Part shown: one piece after another, positions 7,485-17,843 of the stretch
Numbering within the stretch: the stretch's first letter is position 1
Layout: each line of letters begins with the position of its first letter
Assembly: GCA_964436015.1 (NCBI GenBank)
Contig: CAYTAR010000003.1
Span: forward strand, 16,678-80,677
Direction of reading: 5' to 3'
Length of the DNA stretch: 64,000 nucleotides
Origin: an uncultured Candidatus Saccharibacteria bacterium
GTDB lineage: Bacteria > Patescibacteriota > Minisyncoccia > Phycocordibacterales > GCA-2401445
Made by a program: the position numbers and the translations under genes
The notes under the pieces: generated by a model
What the model was told of the DNA's origin: nothing
The model's database searches: none
Seen by the model: only the letters and a program-made list of their open reading frames with translations

Positions 7485-9779
7485 ATGCACACAGAAAATT
7501 ATCGGGTTAAGGGAATGCACTGTGCCTCATGTTCTTCGGTAATTGAGAAAACGCTTAAGAAAGTTGATGGGGTGCATTCAGTACAGGTGAACTATGGTAC
7601 TGAGAAAGCAAAAGTTTCTTTTGACTCATCAAAAGTAAACCCCCATGACTTGTCAAAGCACACTGAACCCCTTGGGTACACGCTTGAAGCAGAAGCGAGT
7701 GCTCAGGAGATGAACATGACAGCGGATGAACATGCTGCGCACACCGGCGTGAATCAGACAAAAAAAGAGAAGTTGGCAGAAGTGGCTGATATGCGTACCA
7801 AAGCATTTACCGCACTCCCCATAGCGCTGTTCGCAGCGTTTGTGATGGGATGGGATATGTTGGCAGAGTATAGTATTGCACCAATGATGGGTGAGACGCT
7901 TAAGAATTTTTTCCACCACGTGCTTCCAATACTCGCAACATATGTTTTATTTGTGGTGGGTAAGCCATACTTGTGGGGAGTGTATCGATTTTTCCGTTTT
8001 GGTAAAGCAAATATGGATACGCTGATAGGTATCGGTACCACCGCTGCTTTTCTGTACAGTTTTGCGGTAAGCGCGTTTGAAGAAGTACTCCGGCCTTTTA
8101 TTAATGTGGACTACCAATATTACGACGTAACCATTGTAGTGATTGCATTCATTGCTCTGGGTAAATATTTAGAGGCGCGCTCAAAGGTCAAAACAGGGGA
8201 CGCTATTGAAAAATTGCTCACACTGCAAGCAAAGTCAGCTTTGGTTATTCGTGAAGGAAAGGAAGTTGAAATTTCTGTTAATGAAGTGGTGCGCGGGGAT
8301 TTGATTATCGTAAAGCCAGGTGGAAAGATTCCTATAGATGGAGTGATTACCGAAGGAGAGTCTTTTGTTGATGAGTCTATGGTTACGGGCGAGCCAATGC
8401 CAGTGCAGAAAAAGGTTGGCGATCCTGTTGTTTCTGGAACACTCAATACACATGGTTCATTTATCTGTCGAGCGGAAAAGGTTGGTTCAGAAACACTCCT
8501 TGCGCACATTATACATATGGTTGAGGAGGCCCAGGGGAGTAAAGCGCCGATACAGGCGCTCGCCGATAAAATTTCGGCAGTATTCGTTCCTGCTGTGTTG
8601 GTAATTGCGTTTCTTTCCCTTGGTACCTGGCTCATTGTTGGTTCACAGTATATAGGTTTTTCTCAAGCACTTTCGTTCGGTCTCGTATCATTTGTAGGAG
8701 TGCTCGTGATTGCGTGCCCGTGCGCACTTGGACTTGCGACACCAACTGCAATTATTGTCGGTGTAGGTAAAGGGGCACGGGAAGGGATACTTATTAAAGA
8801 TGCAGAAACACTTGAAAAACTTCATAAGGTGAATACGGTTGTAGTAGATAAGACGGGGACGATAACCAAGGGTAAGCCAACGCTCGTTGATATTGAGAAT
8901 ATATCAAGTGTGACTGATACCGATCTTGTGAGTATTCTCGCCACACTTGAACGGAAGTCAGAACATCCAATAGCACACGCAATCGTAGCGTACGCACAGG
9001 AGAAGAATGTTTTATTATCAGAAATCTCTGGGTTTGAAGGGCTGCAAGGTAAAGGGGTCACAGGTACTATTAAGGGAATAGAATATTTTGCAGGTAACGT
9101 AACTTTGGCGACCGATCTCGGGCTTTCGTTTGATACGCAGAAGCTACACGAATATACTTCTCAAGGGAAAACACCAATTTTACTCATGACAAGAGAGCGT
9201 GTTCTTGGATTATTTTCAGTGTCAGATGAAATAAAAGCCGAATCAAAACAAGCGGTCGCTGATCTACATAAGCACGGTATTAAAGTGGTAATGCTCACCG
9301 GGGATGACGAAAAGGCTGCGCAGTATATTGCAAAACTTGTTGGTATTGATGAAGTGATTGCGCATGTGTTACCGCAGGATAAACGTGCAAAGATTATAGA
9401 GCTTCAAACACAAGGTCGCGTTGTAGCTATGGCGGGGGACGGGGTAAACGATGCACCTGCTCTTGCACAGGCGGATGTGGGAATTGCGATGGGGACCGGA
9501 ACAGATGTGGCGATTGAATCTGCAGGGATTACTCTTTTGGGAGGCGATATCTCAAAACTGGTGAAGGCAATTAAACTCTCAAAGATAACCATGCGAGGGA
9601 TTAAACAAAATTTGTTTTGGGCATTCATATACAATGTTGTTGGTATTCCACTTGCAGCAGGCGTATTCTACCCACTGTTTGGATGGTTACTGAATCCAGT
9701 GTTTGCAGGTTTTGCAATGGCAATGTCTTCGGTATCGGTGGTATCAAACTCACTTCGTATAAAGGCTAAAAAATTATAA
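7485..9779 (+). CDS. copA: copper-translocating P1B-type ATPase
   Basis: 764 aa. N-terminal HMA domain (GMHCASC), CPC in a TM helix, [19 protein letters not shown]. Confidence 0.95.
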   Translation: MHTENYRVKGMHCASCSSVIEKTLKKVDGVHSVQVNYGTEKAKVSFDSSKVNPHDLSKHTEPLGYTLEAEASAQEMNMTADEHAAHTGVNQTKKEKLAEVADMRTKAFTALPIALFAAFVMGWDMLAEYSIAPMMGETLKNFFHHVLPILATYVLFVVGKPYLWGVYRFFRFGKANMDTLIGIGTTAAFLYSFAVSAFEEVLRPFINVDYQYYDVTIVVIAFIALGKYLEARSKVKTGDAIEKLLTLQAKSALVIREGKEVEISVNEVVRGDLIIVKPGGKIPIDGVITEGESFVDESMVTGEPMPVQKKVGDPVVSGTLNTHGSFICRAEKVGSETLLAHIIHMVEEAQGSKAPIQALADKISAVFVPAVLVIAFLSLGTWLIVGSQYIGFSQALSFGLVSFVGVLVIACPCALGLATPTAIIVGVGKGAREGILIKDAETLEKLHKVNTVVVDKTGTITKGKPTLVDIENISSVTDTDLVSILATLERKSEHPIAHAIVAYAQEKNVLLSEISGFEGLQGKGVTGTIKGIEYFAGNVTLATDLGLSFDTQKLHEYTSQGKTPILLMTRERVLGLFSVSDEIKAESKQAVADLHKHGIKVVMLTGDDEKAAQYIAKLVGIDEVIAHVLPQDKRAKIIELQTQGRVVAMAGDGVNDAPALAQADVGIAMGTGTDVAIESAGITLLGGDISKLVKAIKLSKITMRGIKQNLFWAFIYNVVGIPLAAGVFYPLFGWLLNPVFAGFAMAMSSVSVVSNSLRIKAKKL

Positions 9780-9783
9780 TCAT

Positions 9784-10791
9784 ATGAAAACATATACATT
9801 GTACGTATCAGGAACTCATTGTCCCTCATGTAAGATTTTTATTGAGGATACTTTGAACGAAGAATCTGGTATTGAGCAGACAACAGTTGACTTACAAAAG
9901 GAAACGGTCTCTTTTAACACTACGCTTGAAGAGAGTCCGCAGGTACTTGCTCATATGTTGACCGAGAAGATAAAGCACAATGGGTATGTGCTTTCAGTTG
10001 AGCAAAAAGCACCGGAGAGAGGTGATGGAGCGGTCATATGGCAAGCCTTGCCAGTTGGTCTCATATTTCTTGCTCTGTTCTTTTTCCTACAAAAATCAGG
10101 TATTCTCAATTTCGGACTTGGTGGACAAATGACATTGGTAACTAGTTTTATTATCGGTCTCGTTGCTTCTGTTTCAAGCTGTCTCGCACTCGTAGGAGGT
10201 CTCGTGCTCTCGCTTTCTGCAAAAGTATCACAAGATGAAATAAGTGACACCAGAACGTTCACTCTCTTCCATGTAGGGAGAATCGTGAGTTTTGCGGTAT
10301 TGGGAGGCGCACTTGGGGCGATAGGGGGTGCGATTGGTATCAATTTTACACTCACTGCAGTATTGGGGATTATTGCTTCTGTGGTGATGTTGTTGCTCGG
10401 GTTGAATCTTGTTGGAGTTTTTACGAAAAATACGGTGTTTATACCAGCAGGACTATTCAATTTTTTCAAGAGGATTGAACACACAACCTTCACTCCACTC
10501 ATTCTTGGATTCGCGACATTCTTTCTGCCTTGTGGCTTCACGCAGTCAATGCAAGTTGTTGCATTGAGTAGTGGATCTTTCTTCTCAGGAATGCTTATTA
10601 TGTTGACTTTCGCACTGGGGACACTTCCAATGCTCCTCTTGCTTTCTTTCGGTTCAGCATCTTTTGCTCATTCAAAGTATGCATCACTGTTCTTTAAGTC
10701 AGCGGGAGTGGTTGTGATAGGTCTTGGGCTGTTTTCACTCCTTGCTGGTCTTGCTGGTTTGGGAATTATCAGTCCGTTATTTAGTATATAA
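9784..10791 (+). CDS. HMA (CxxC) domain fused to a DsbD_2/TauE-like polytopic permease
   Basis: 335 aa. N-terminal SGTHCPSCK metal-binding fold, then about 7 TM helices with conserved Cys (SSCLA, LPCGF). Confidence 0.65.
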   Translation: MKTYTLYVSGTHCPSCKIFIEDTLNEESGIEQTTVDLQKETVSFNTTLEESPQVLAHMLTEKIKHNGYVLSVEQKAPERGDGAVIWQALPVGLIFLALFFFLQKSGILNFGLGGQMTLVTSFIIGLVASVSSCLALVGGLVLSLSAKVSQDEISDTRTFTLFHVGRIVSFAVLGGALGAIGGAIGINFTLTAVLGIIASVVMLLLGLNLVGVFTKNTVFIPAGLFNFFKRIEHTTFTPLILGFATFFLPCGFTQSMQVVALSSGSFFSGMLIMLTFALGTLPMLLLLSFGSASFAHSKYASLFFKSAGVVVIGLGLFSLLAGLAGLGIISPLFSI

Positions 10792-10799
10792 TTACAGGT

Positions 10800-11198
10800 A
10801 TGAATAAAATTCCATTAGTAATTCTTACACTCGGATTAGTGATAGGTATTGGTATTATTTTCATGAATGGTCCAGGGGAAAATTCTGAAAGTGTATCTGG
10901 TGAGCCGGGGCAAAATATTGAAATACGGGATGGGGTTCAGTATGTAACCATTGTTGCTAGGGGTGGATACTCACCACGTACTACTCAGATCCAAGGAGGA
11001 TTTCCAACTAAACTTATCGTGAAGACCGATGGCACGTACGACTGTTCAGCAGCGCTTGTTATTCGCTCGCTCGGTTTTCAGAAAATATTATCACCGGAAG
11101 GAGAAGAGATTATAGATGCGGGTATACCTAAATCAGGAGAGAAAATACAGGGAGTGTGCGGAATGGGAATGTACAGTTTTCAAATAGACGTAAGTTAG
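10800..11198 (+). CDS. cupredoxin-like domain protein (membrane-anchored)
   Basis: 132 aa. N-terminal TM helix and a GVQYVTIVARGGYSP block typical of the EfeO-type cupredoxin-like domains often next to copA. Confidence 0.55.
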   Translation: MNKIPLVILTLGLVIGIGIIFMNGPGENSESVSGEPGQNIEIRDGVQYVTIVARGGYSPRTTQIQGGFPTKLIVKTDGTYDCSAALVIRSLGFQKILSPEGEEIIDAGIPKSGEKIQGVCGMGMYSFQIDVS

Positions 11199-11276
11199 TT
11201 TTACGGTCGTATGTTGCGTGCAATCTTGTATCAAACGCAGTACAATAGGGGTATTAGTAACTAGTCAGTATCCTTT

Positions 11277-12020
11277 ATGAGTATATTTCCACTGCTCGGC
11301 ATTGCGCTCTTTATTCTTATTATCAGCATCCGACAAATTAACCAGTATGAGCGGGGATTGCGTTTTACTTTTGGAAAACTGACCGCGGTGATGGAGCCTG
11401 GGTGGAGGATTGTACTTCCCATTATCCAAGGATATCAAAAAGTTGATATTCGTGTGAAAGCGGTTGATGTGCCTGATCAGAATGCAATAACACGTGATAA
11501 CGTTTCGGTGCGGGTGAATGCGGTGATTTATTATCGAGTGAGTGACGCGGCAAAAGCGGTGGTGGAGGTTGAAGATTTCAGACATGCTATCTCACAGTAT
11601 GCTCAAACTACGATGCGAAATATTGTCGGCGAGGTAACGCTCGACGAGCTCCTCTCAAGCAGGGATAAGATTGCAGAGCGGATTCGCGAGATTGTTGATA
11701 AGGAAACAGATGCGTGGGGGTTACAGGTGAACAATGTTGAACTGAAAGATGTAAGTTTACCTCCGGAAATGGAGAGAACTATCGGAAAGCAGGCCGAAGC
11801 AGAACGAGAGAAGCGCGCAGTAATTATCAATTCAGAAGGGGAACTTGCAGCGTCCGAGAACATCGCAAAGGCGGCACACATGCTCTCATCAACTCCTGGT
11901 GCACTTCATCTCCGCACACTACAATCGGTGAACGATATGTCATCAGACCAGTCAAATACCGTTGTATTTATGATACCTACTGAAGCACTTCGCGCACTGG
12001 AAGGGTTTATCAAAAAGTAA
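11277..12020 (+). CDS. SPFH/Band-7 (stomatin/prohibitin-like) protein
   Basis: 247 aa. N-terminal TM helix, then the QNAITRDNVSVRVNAVIYYRV SPFH core. Confidence 0.9.
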   Translation: MSIFPLLGIALFILIISIRQINQYERGLRFTFGKLTAVMEPGWRIVLPIIQGYQKVDIRVKAVDVPDQNAITRDNVSVRVNAVIYYRVSDAAKAVVEVEDFRHAISQYAQTTMRNIVGEVTLDELLSSRDKIAERIREIVDKETDAWGLQVNNVELKDVSLPPEMERTIGKQAEAEREKRAVIINSEGELAASENIAKAAHMLSSTPGALHLRTLQSVNDMSSDQSNTVVFMIPTEALRALEGFIKK

Positions 12021-12023
12021 GAC

Positions 12024-12056
12024 AAAAACAAACCGACGAAAGTCGGTTTTTTTGTA
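12024..12056 (+). terminator. Rho-independent terminator
   Basis: AAACCGACGAAAGTCGGTTTTTTTG. Confidence 0.8.
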
Positions 12057-12069
12057 GTATGATTATCAG

Positions 12070-12630
12070 ATGCAACAGGTCATAGTCTTGAATGATACTC
12101 GAGTAGAATACACCGTGCGCAACCGCAAGACGCGGAGTGTGCGTCTCGCGGTTGCGCGAGGTGGCGTGGTTACCGTTACGGCCCCACGCTTGTTTCCTTT
12201 GTGGTTGATTGAGAAGTTTATAATACGGAAAAGTGCATGGTTGCTCTCAAAAATTGACCATTTTAAACAGTACAAACCAGCTTTGTCTAGAGAAAATCAA
12301 AGGGCAGAATTTTTAGCACACAAAGAGCGTGCACGTGCGCTCGTGGAGAGTCGGGTAGAAAAGTGGAATGAATTTTACCAGTTTACATTTAATAAAATTA
12401 CTATTAAAAAACAAAGAGCACGGTGGGGGAGTTGTTCTGAGAAAGGTAATTTAAATTTCAATTATAAAATTGTTTTTCTACCTGATTATTTGGTGGACTA
12501 TATTGTCGTGCATGAGCTGTGTCACTTGGGAGAAATGAATCATTCAAAAGATTTTTGGGCGCTTGTTGCTCGCACCTTGCCCGAGTACCGTCGGCTACGT
12601 ACCGAGCTTTCTCGTTTGCATACGGTGTAA
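12070..12630 (+). CDS. YgjP-like (DUF45) M48-type metallopeptidase
   Basis: 186 aa. VHELCHLGEMNHSKDFW matches the DUF45 HExxH...NHS signature. Confidence 0.75.
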   Translation: MQQVIVLNDTRVEYTVRNRKTRSVRLAVARGGVVTVTAPRLFPLWLIEKFIIRKSAWLLSKIDHFKQYKPALSRENQRAEFLAHKERARALVESRVEKWNEFYQFTFNKITIKKQRARWGSCSEKGNLNFNYKIVFLPDYLVDYIVVHELCHLGEMNHSKDFWALVARTLPEYRRLRTELSRLHTV

Positions 12631-12646
12631 TTCTCTGTTGCACACT

Positions 12647-12690
12647 TCACTCCAAGGGGTCCCCTTGGAGTGAAGATGAGTTCGTGTTTT
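12647..12690 (+). terminator. hairpin terminator
   Basis: CACTCCAAGGGG/CCCCTTGGAGTG stem with a downstream T run. Confidence 0.55.
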
Positions 12691-12770
12691 TTGACAAACT
12701 ACAGGAATAGTAGTATTATATTTTTTGAATTTTGTTCCAACTAAAAGTAAAAATCAACAAAGGAGAACAT

Positions 12771-13391
12771 GCAATGAATACGGTACGGCCGGTCGTGTAC
12801 GCAGAAAATATATTTCCGGGACTTGATGACGTTGACTTACGGGAAGATTGGTCACATACGTGCAAAGTGTTAACTGGTGAAGAGAATGTCATTGGTACGC
12901 TTGAGCCATCCATGCAGAGAATGTGGGTGTTTCGATACCAACATTTTTTAGTACTTGAGGAGATGGCACAGCAAATGATTGATGTGCTGAATCTCCTTTC
13001 GGGAAGTGATGGAAATTCTATGACACACGCTGAATTTCAACCCTTCTTTCAAAAGTTAACTCGCTTGGCGGAGTCGCTTCGGTTGCCGTTTGAGAAGTTT
13101 GAAGCGGTGAATATGGAGTTCGTGCGACGGATACGGGAGTGCTTTGAGCGGGAGCATTCTGGCTACCTTGGGATACGGACTGGGTTTCTGGTTATCACGC
13201 GGGAGAACGATTTACGGAAGGATTCTGCGCACCCTCTGGATGAACTTTTTGAACTCCTATTTGCATTTTTGTCTGAGACGATGAATGGCGATTTGCGTTT
13301 CTTTGAGTCTTTGTTTGATTTGTGCAAAACTTTGGATGCGGTTACCAATTTGGGTGTGGATGCGAATAAACACACCTCCCTTGCTGAATAG
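12771..13391 (+). CDS. hypothetical protein
   Basis: 206 aa from the ATG at 12771, which is preceded by AAGGAG. The track ORF starts earlier, at 12732. Confidence 0.45.
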   Translation, partial: AMNTVRPVVYAENIFPGLDDVDLREDWSHTCKVLTGEENVIGTLEPSMQRMWVFRYQHFLVLEEMAQQMIDVLNLLSGSDGNSMTHAEFQPFFQKLTRLAESLRLPFEKFEAVNMEFVRRIRECFEREHSGYLGIRTGFLVITRENDLRKDSAHPLDELFELLFAFLSETMNGDLRFFESLFDLCKTLDAVTNLGVDANKHTSLAE

Positions 13392-13400
13392 CATTGTACA

Positions 13401-13427
13401 CCCCTCGCGTATGCGAGGGGTTTTTTA
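13401..13427 (+). terminator. Rho-independent terminator
   Basis: CCCCTCGC-GTAT-GCGAGGGG followed by TTTTTT. Confidence 0.8.
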
Positions 13428-13460
13428 TTGTGTTACGTAGGTACGTGGTATACTTTTTTT

Positions 13461-15170
13461 ATGGCAGAAAAACGACTGCGCTCAATCACTGAAATTGATT
13501 TTTCTGTTCGGGGTTCGGTGTATCCGTCTCCTGAAGATTGGCGCGACCATGTTATCTATTTTTTACTTGTTGACCGTTTTGATAATGGAAAGCGGTCGCC
13601 TATATATAATGGAGTACGTGCAACTGGTCAGATTGATCCTCGTAAGGGAGATATCATCCACGGTGGTACTATTAAAGGCATAAAGCGAAGACTTACGTAT
13701 TTAAAGAATTTAGGCATAACGACACTTTGGTTGAGTCCGATAATAAAAAATCGTGTTGACGGTAATTCAATTCATGGCTACGCGATACAGGATTTTCTTT
13801 CTGTTGACCCGCATTTTGGGACACTTGCGGATTTTAAAAAACTGGTGAGTAGTGCGCACGAGCTTGGTATTCGAATTGTTCTTGATATTGTGATCAATCA
13901 TACGGGAGATAACTGGGCGTACGAGAATGATTCTAAGCCTCTTTTTGATAAAAGTGGAACACGGTTTCCGTTTGGTTTCTGGAGATCAAAGAGTGAGCAA
14001 GAAGCATTTGGTCCTGACGATGCGGTTTGGCCGATTGAACTACAAAGTCCTGAATGTTATACCAGGCGAGGCGCGATTACTGACTGGAATGACGATGAGC
14101 AAGCGCGACGAGGTGATTTTTTTGGATTGAAGGACCTTGATTTGAGTAACCAGTCGGTACTTGAGACCATGATCGCAGTGTATAAATACTGGATTGTAGA
14201 GACTGATATTGATGGATACAGAATTGATACGGTGAAGCACATTGATACTGAATCTGCGGTTACTTTCTTCAATGCAATAAAGGAATTTGCTGAGAGTATT
14301 GGAAAAAGGAATTTTTTGCTTTTCGGAGAGATTGTTGCAGATGATTCGGTGATTGCGACATATGTCGGGTTGCAGAATCCAAATGGTAACCACCTCAAGG
14401 CGCTTGATGCCTCGCTTGATTTTCCTCTTTACTTCGTACTTGAAGACGTGTTAAAAGAGCGTTCCCCCATGTCGCTTCTTCGTGATCGGCATGATCGGGC
14501 ACTTTCAGTCTACCAGCATGCAAATGACGGAGGGTGTTTGATAACTTTTTTGGACAACCACGATCAAATTGCACGACCATTTTACCGTTTTCTCCATGGA
14601 GTGAACGATCCACTGCTTGCAGTGATTGGGGTTGGGTATTTACTTACCGCTCCTGGCATTCCCGCAGTCTACTACGGCACTGAACAGGGGTTTGATGGAG
14701 GAGGAGTGGGTCCGTACAGTGATAATTATATTCGTGAGTGTATGTTCGGTGGGGTATGGGGAGCATTCGGAACTACAGGAATGCATTTTTTTGATACGAA
14801 GAATTACATATACCGTATGATTGCAAAGATTGCGGGAATTCGTGCGAGAGAGGCGGCATTGCGGTACGGGCGGTGTTACTTCCGGGACGTATCGCTCGAC
14901 GGGAATGTATTTTGGTATCCGGAACGCGAAGCCGGCCTGTTTGCGTTTTCTCGCATGCATGACAATGATGAGATACTTGTCGTATTCAATTTTCACGAGC
15001 ACGTTGAGACGAACATGATTACACTTGATAAAGCAGTGACTCCTCCTGGAACGCTTATGGTTGACCTCCTTAATAAGAAGCATACCCACCTTACCTTTCT
15101 TCAAGGTGAGCGTTCGGTGATACAAGTAACACTACCTCCGCGGAGTATGGCAATATATAAACGCGTATAA
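13461..15170 (+). CDS. GH13 alpha-amylase family glycoside hydrolase
   Basis: About 570 aa. LWLSPII, GYRIDTVKHID, FGEIV and FLDNHDQ are GH13 catalytic-region motifs. Start taken at the first ATG; 13428 is a TTG. Confidence 0.85.
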   Translation: MAEKRLRSITEIDFSVRGSVYPSPEDWRDHVIYFLLVDRFDNGKRSPIYNGVRATGQIDPRKGDIIHGGTIKGIKRRLTYLKNLGITTLWLSPIIKNRVDGNSIHGYAIQDFLSVDPHFGTLADFKKLVSSAHELGIRIVLDIVINHTGDNWAYENDSKPLFDKSGTRFPFGFWRSKSEQEAFGPDDAVWPIELQSPECYTRRGAITDWNDDEQARRGDFFGLKDLDLSNQSVLETMIAVYKYWIVETDIDGYRIDTVKHIDTESAVTFFNAIKEFAESIGKRNFLLFGEIVADDSVIATYVGLQNPNGNHLKALDASLDFPLYFVLEDVLKERSPMSLLRDRHDRALSVYQHANDGGCLITFLDNHDQIARPFYRFLHGVNDPLLAVIGVGYLLTAPGIPAVYYGTEQGFDGGGVGPYSDNYIRECMFGGVWGAFGTTGMHFFDTKNYIYRMIAKIAGIRAREAALRYGRCYFRDVSLDGNVFWYPEREAGLFAFSRMHDNDEILVVFNFHEHVETNMITLDKAVTPPGTLMVDLLNKKHTHLTFLQGERSVIQVTLPPRSMAIYKRV

Positions 15171-15216
15171 AAAAAGTGTAGTTACGAAGTCTGTTTTTGA
15201 GCGTATACTACCATAT

Positions 15217-16104
15217 ATGAACATAAAAACATTTTTTGTCGGACGAGCAATTGGGTTATTACTAGTACTCTCACTTTTGGGAATTATTGTGGGCTTTTTT
15301 GCTTTAAATAATTACATATACGATAAGAAACAACCAACCGCGACGGGAGATTATAAAGATACTGAATATGTTATTGAAAATAGGCGTGTTACGCTTGCAG
15401 GAAATGTAAAACATTTTGGCAATGAGCTTTTTACTGATTTGAATAATGATGGGCGGGATGATGTGGTGTTCTTGATCACGGAGGAAACAGGGGGAAGTGG
15501 TACATTCTTTTATGTTGTGGCCGCACTTCAAACCGAGGGTGGGTATGTGGGATCACAAGCATATTTTCTCGGAGACCGCATTGCGCCACAAAATATAAAC
15601 AAAGGAAATGGAAAGATTATTGTCGTAAATTATGCAGTCCGTGCGCCGAATGAAAGCTTCACCACACCTCCTTCTATTGGTAAAAGTGAGTGGTTGATTC
15701 TTGACCCAACAAGCCTTCAGTTTGGTATTGTTGATAAAGATTTTACCGGGGAGGCTGATCCGTCTCGTATGACACTTGGCATGAAGACGTGGAATTGGGT
15801 CTATGCGTTGTACAACGACGGGCGCGAAGTTCGTCCAAGTAAAGAGGGAGTATTTACACTTACGTTTAATGCTGATGGAACATTTTCAGCTTCTACCGAT
15901 TGTAATGGTATAGGAGGAGAGTATAGCACTACGGATGGGCGAATAGAGTTTTCAAATATGATGTCTACGTTGATGTACTGTGAAGGTTCGCAAGAGAATG
16001 AAATACGGTCTATTCTTGAGAATTCGGCGACTTTTCATTTCACCTCAAAAGGAGAATTGGTACTTGGTATTAAATACGATAGCGGATCTGCAATTTTCAG
16101 GTAA
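15217..16104 (+). CDS. membrane-anchored META/HslJ (DUF306) domain protein
   Basis: 295 aa. N-terminal TM helix. The C-terminal 110 aa show the META-domain pattern (W.W....F.L.F.ADGTFSASTDCNGIGGEY...MMSTLMYC). Confidence 0.55.
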   Translation: MNIKTFFVGRAIGLLLVLSLLGIIVGFFALNNYIYDKKQPTATGDYKDTEYVIENRRVTLAGNVKHFGNELFTDLNNDGRDDVVFLITEETGGSGTFFYVVAALQTEGGYVGSQAYFLGDRIAPQNINKGNGKIIVVNYAVRAPNESFTTPPSIGKSEWLILDPTSLQFGIVDKDFTGEADPSRMTLGMKTWNWVYALYNDGREVRPSKEGVFTLTFNADGTFSASTDCNGIGGEYSTTDGRIEFSNMMSTLMYCEGSQENEIRSILENSATFHFTSKGELVLGIKYDSGSAIFR

Positions 16105-16115
16105 GCTTTCACAAA

Positions 16116-16140
16116 AACGGACACCTTAGGGGTGTCCGTG
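16116..16140. terminator. bidirectional terminator hairpin
   Basis: ACGGACACC-TTAG-GGGTGTCCGT between convergent genes. Confidence 0.7.
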
Positions 16141-16147
16141 TGCAACT

Positions 16148-16654
16148 TCAGTTACGTTCAGGAGCGAAAGCTCTCTCAAGAAATGTGGGCATTTTGCATG
16201 CTTTTCTATTTGAGACCTTGATGCGCTGTATTGGAAGGAATGTCCAATCAGGGGGATTAATCCAAGCACCAAGCAGGGATATGGTGATATCAATTTCTCC
16301 TGAATATAAGGGAGACGTCTCTTCCTTCAAAGACCGTGATGCAAGGATGAGTCGCATGCTATCAATGACTGCGTGAGTTGAGCGGGTAGCAGTGTCGCTG
16401 TACGAGACAATATCTCCGGAGATTTGGTATTCTTTTGGGGAGAGGTCCACCTTGATATTTCCAGAGTTTAAAATAGGACTGTTTGTGTAGGTGAAGAGGT
16501 GAACCAGGTGTTGAATCATCTCCTCAAACTGATCCTTTTTTCCCGGTGCGCTGATCTTCACATTAACGTTGGTTTTCTTAGAGGCCACCCACTGTTGTTG
16601 AAGTAGGGATGGTTCTTCAAATGAGAGCTCATGGATAAGAAATAGGTTGTTCAT
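16148..16654 (-). CDS. hypothetical protein
   Basis: 168-aa ORF with a clean intergenic context. No family recognised. Confidence 0.45.
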   Translation of the reverse strand: MNNLFLIHELSFEEPSLLQQQWVASKKTNVNVKISAPGKKDQFEEMIQHLVHLFTYTNSPILNSGNIKVDLSPKEYQISGDIVSYSDTATRSTHAVIDSMRLILASRSLKEETSPLYSGEIDITISLLGAWINPPDWTFLPIQRIKVSNRKACKMPTFLERAFAPERN

Positions 16655-16768
16655 GTCTATCGGATAACATAAAATATTCTCTTAAAGATGTCAATTTCAT
16701 CTATCTGGCACATTTTTGATATTCTCTGCTATAATAAAATTAAGTTTACTATGTAATATATCAGTATA

Positions 16769-17668
16769 ATGAAAAAAATAATTACTTTCGTAAGTATATT
16801 TGTTTTTCTGTTAGCGTTCATTCCACACAATTCTGCAACGGCGGTGTACTATCTTGAAATTGAAGGAGTGAAAGGAGAATCAACTGAAACAAGTAGTGCA
16901 GACGCATCAGTAAAGATGGAGTCAAAAACAACTGCGAGTCCTACCCGGGCAACGAGCGAAACAAGCGCGTCGGGAGACGTGGTGGTGTGTACTATGGATG
17001 CGAAAATGTGTCCTGACGGTTCATACGTTGGCCGTGTTGCTCCTGCGTGCGAATTTGCAGCGTGTCCATCTACATCAGGAGATAGAGATGTTTCTACGGA
17101 TGATGATGAAGCGAGTGCAGGTGGCTACATAAAAATAGGTGATATAAAAGGAGAGAGCGAGGAGGAGGCAAGGAAAAAAGGAAATGTAGAATATGGATGG
17201 AAGGTTGAAGAGGGAGAGAAACTTGAAGACACCGGTGTTGAACCAGACGAGATAGATATTGCAGATGATACTCAACCTACTACACCTGATTTCAGTATTC
17301 TACTTGGTGGGGGAAGTGATGATGAAGAGGATGCGGTACCTGAAGACAGACGCTCAGAGGTTGCTCAAATTGTGCTTGCGGGACTCCGTGAAGAAGGTAT
17401 TCCAGCAGAAGGGGTTGCGTTGGGCCGAGAGAAGATAGAAACAAAGGTTGTAGAGCGTATCAAGTTGTTCGGTTTCATTCCGGTATCTGCTACTGCGGAA
17501 GTAGAGATTACTGCTACAAATGAAGTATCAGTGAAGTATCCATGGTGGTCATTTTTGGCAAGCGGAAAAAAGAAAACAACGCTCGGTATTGAAATTTCAA
17601 GTGCAATTGAAGGGGTTTTGGAGTCAAAACATGATACGGTAAAAAACTCAATAAATAACGTTCGATAA
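16769..17668 (+). CDS. secreted acidic hypothetical protein
   Basis: 299 aa. Signal peptide (FVFLLAFIPHNSATA), then D/E-rich low-complexity sequence. Confidence 0.5.
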   Translation: MKKIITFVSIFVFLLAFIPHNSATAVYYLEIEGVKGESTETSSADASVKMESKTTASPTRATSETSASGDVVVCTMDAKMCPDGSYVGRVAPACEFAACPSTSGDRDVSTDDDEASAGGYIKIGDIKGESEEEARKKGNVEYGWKVEEGEKLEDTGVEPDEIDIADDTQPTTPDFSILLGGGSDDEEDAVPEDRRSEVAQIVLAGLREEGIPAEGVALGREKIETKVVERIKLFGFIPVSATAEVEITATNEVSVKYPWWSFLASGKKKTTLGIEISSAIEGVLESKHDTVKNSINNVR

Positions 17669-17732
17669 GACGTGGATACGCACAGTTGTCTTTCTGTATA
17701 TAGGGTATAATTACCGTATTATAAAGTAATGT

Positions 17733-17801
17733 ATGTCTATGGCGAAAGGAAACAACGCTCAGAAAAAAGAGAAAAAGAAACCAAAGAAGGATAAGAAGTA
17801 A
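17733..17801 (+). CDS. candidate 22-aa lysine-rich micro-protein (MSMAKGNNAQKKEKKKPKKDKK)
   Basis: Short ORF that ends directly in a strong terminator. Not in the ORF track because of its size. Confidence 0.25.
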   Translation: MSMAKGNNAQKKEKKKPKKDKK

Positions 17802-17830
17802 AAACACGGACAATCGTCCGTGTTTTTTTT
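17801..17830. terminator. bidirectional Rho-independent terminator
   Basis: AAAAACACGGACAATCGTCCGTGTTTTTTTT. Confidence 0.8.
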
Positions 17831-17843
17831 GTAAACACTTTCT

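Noticed and set aside
8120-8635. 171-aa minus-strand ORF inside copA
   Set aside because: It is antisense to a confidently identified P-type ATPase and has low-complexity S/T/P-rich composition typical of antisense frames.
12647-12674. Shared CCAAGGGG/CCCCTTGG-type palindromes here and at 24588..24614 as a dispersed repeat family
   Set aside because: The two hairpins share only the 6-bp CCAAGG core and differ elsewhere. They are more simply explained as independent terminator-like hairpins.
14040-14398. Two overlapping minus-strand ORFs (117 and 113 aa) inside the GH13 gene
   Set aside because: They are antisense to a gene with multiple diagnostic GH13 motifs.
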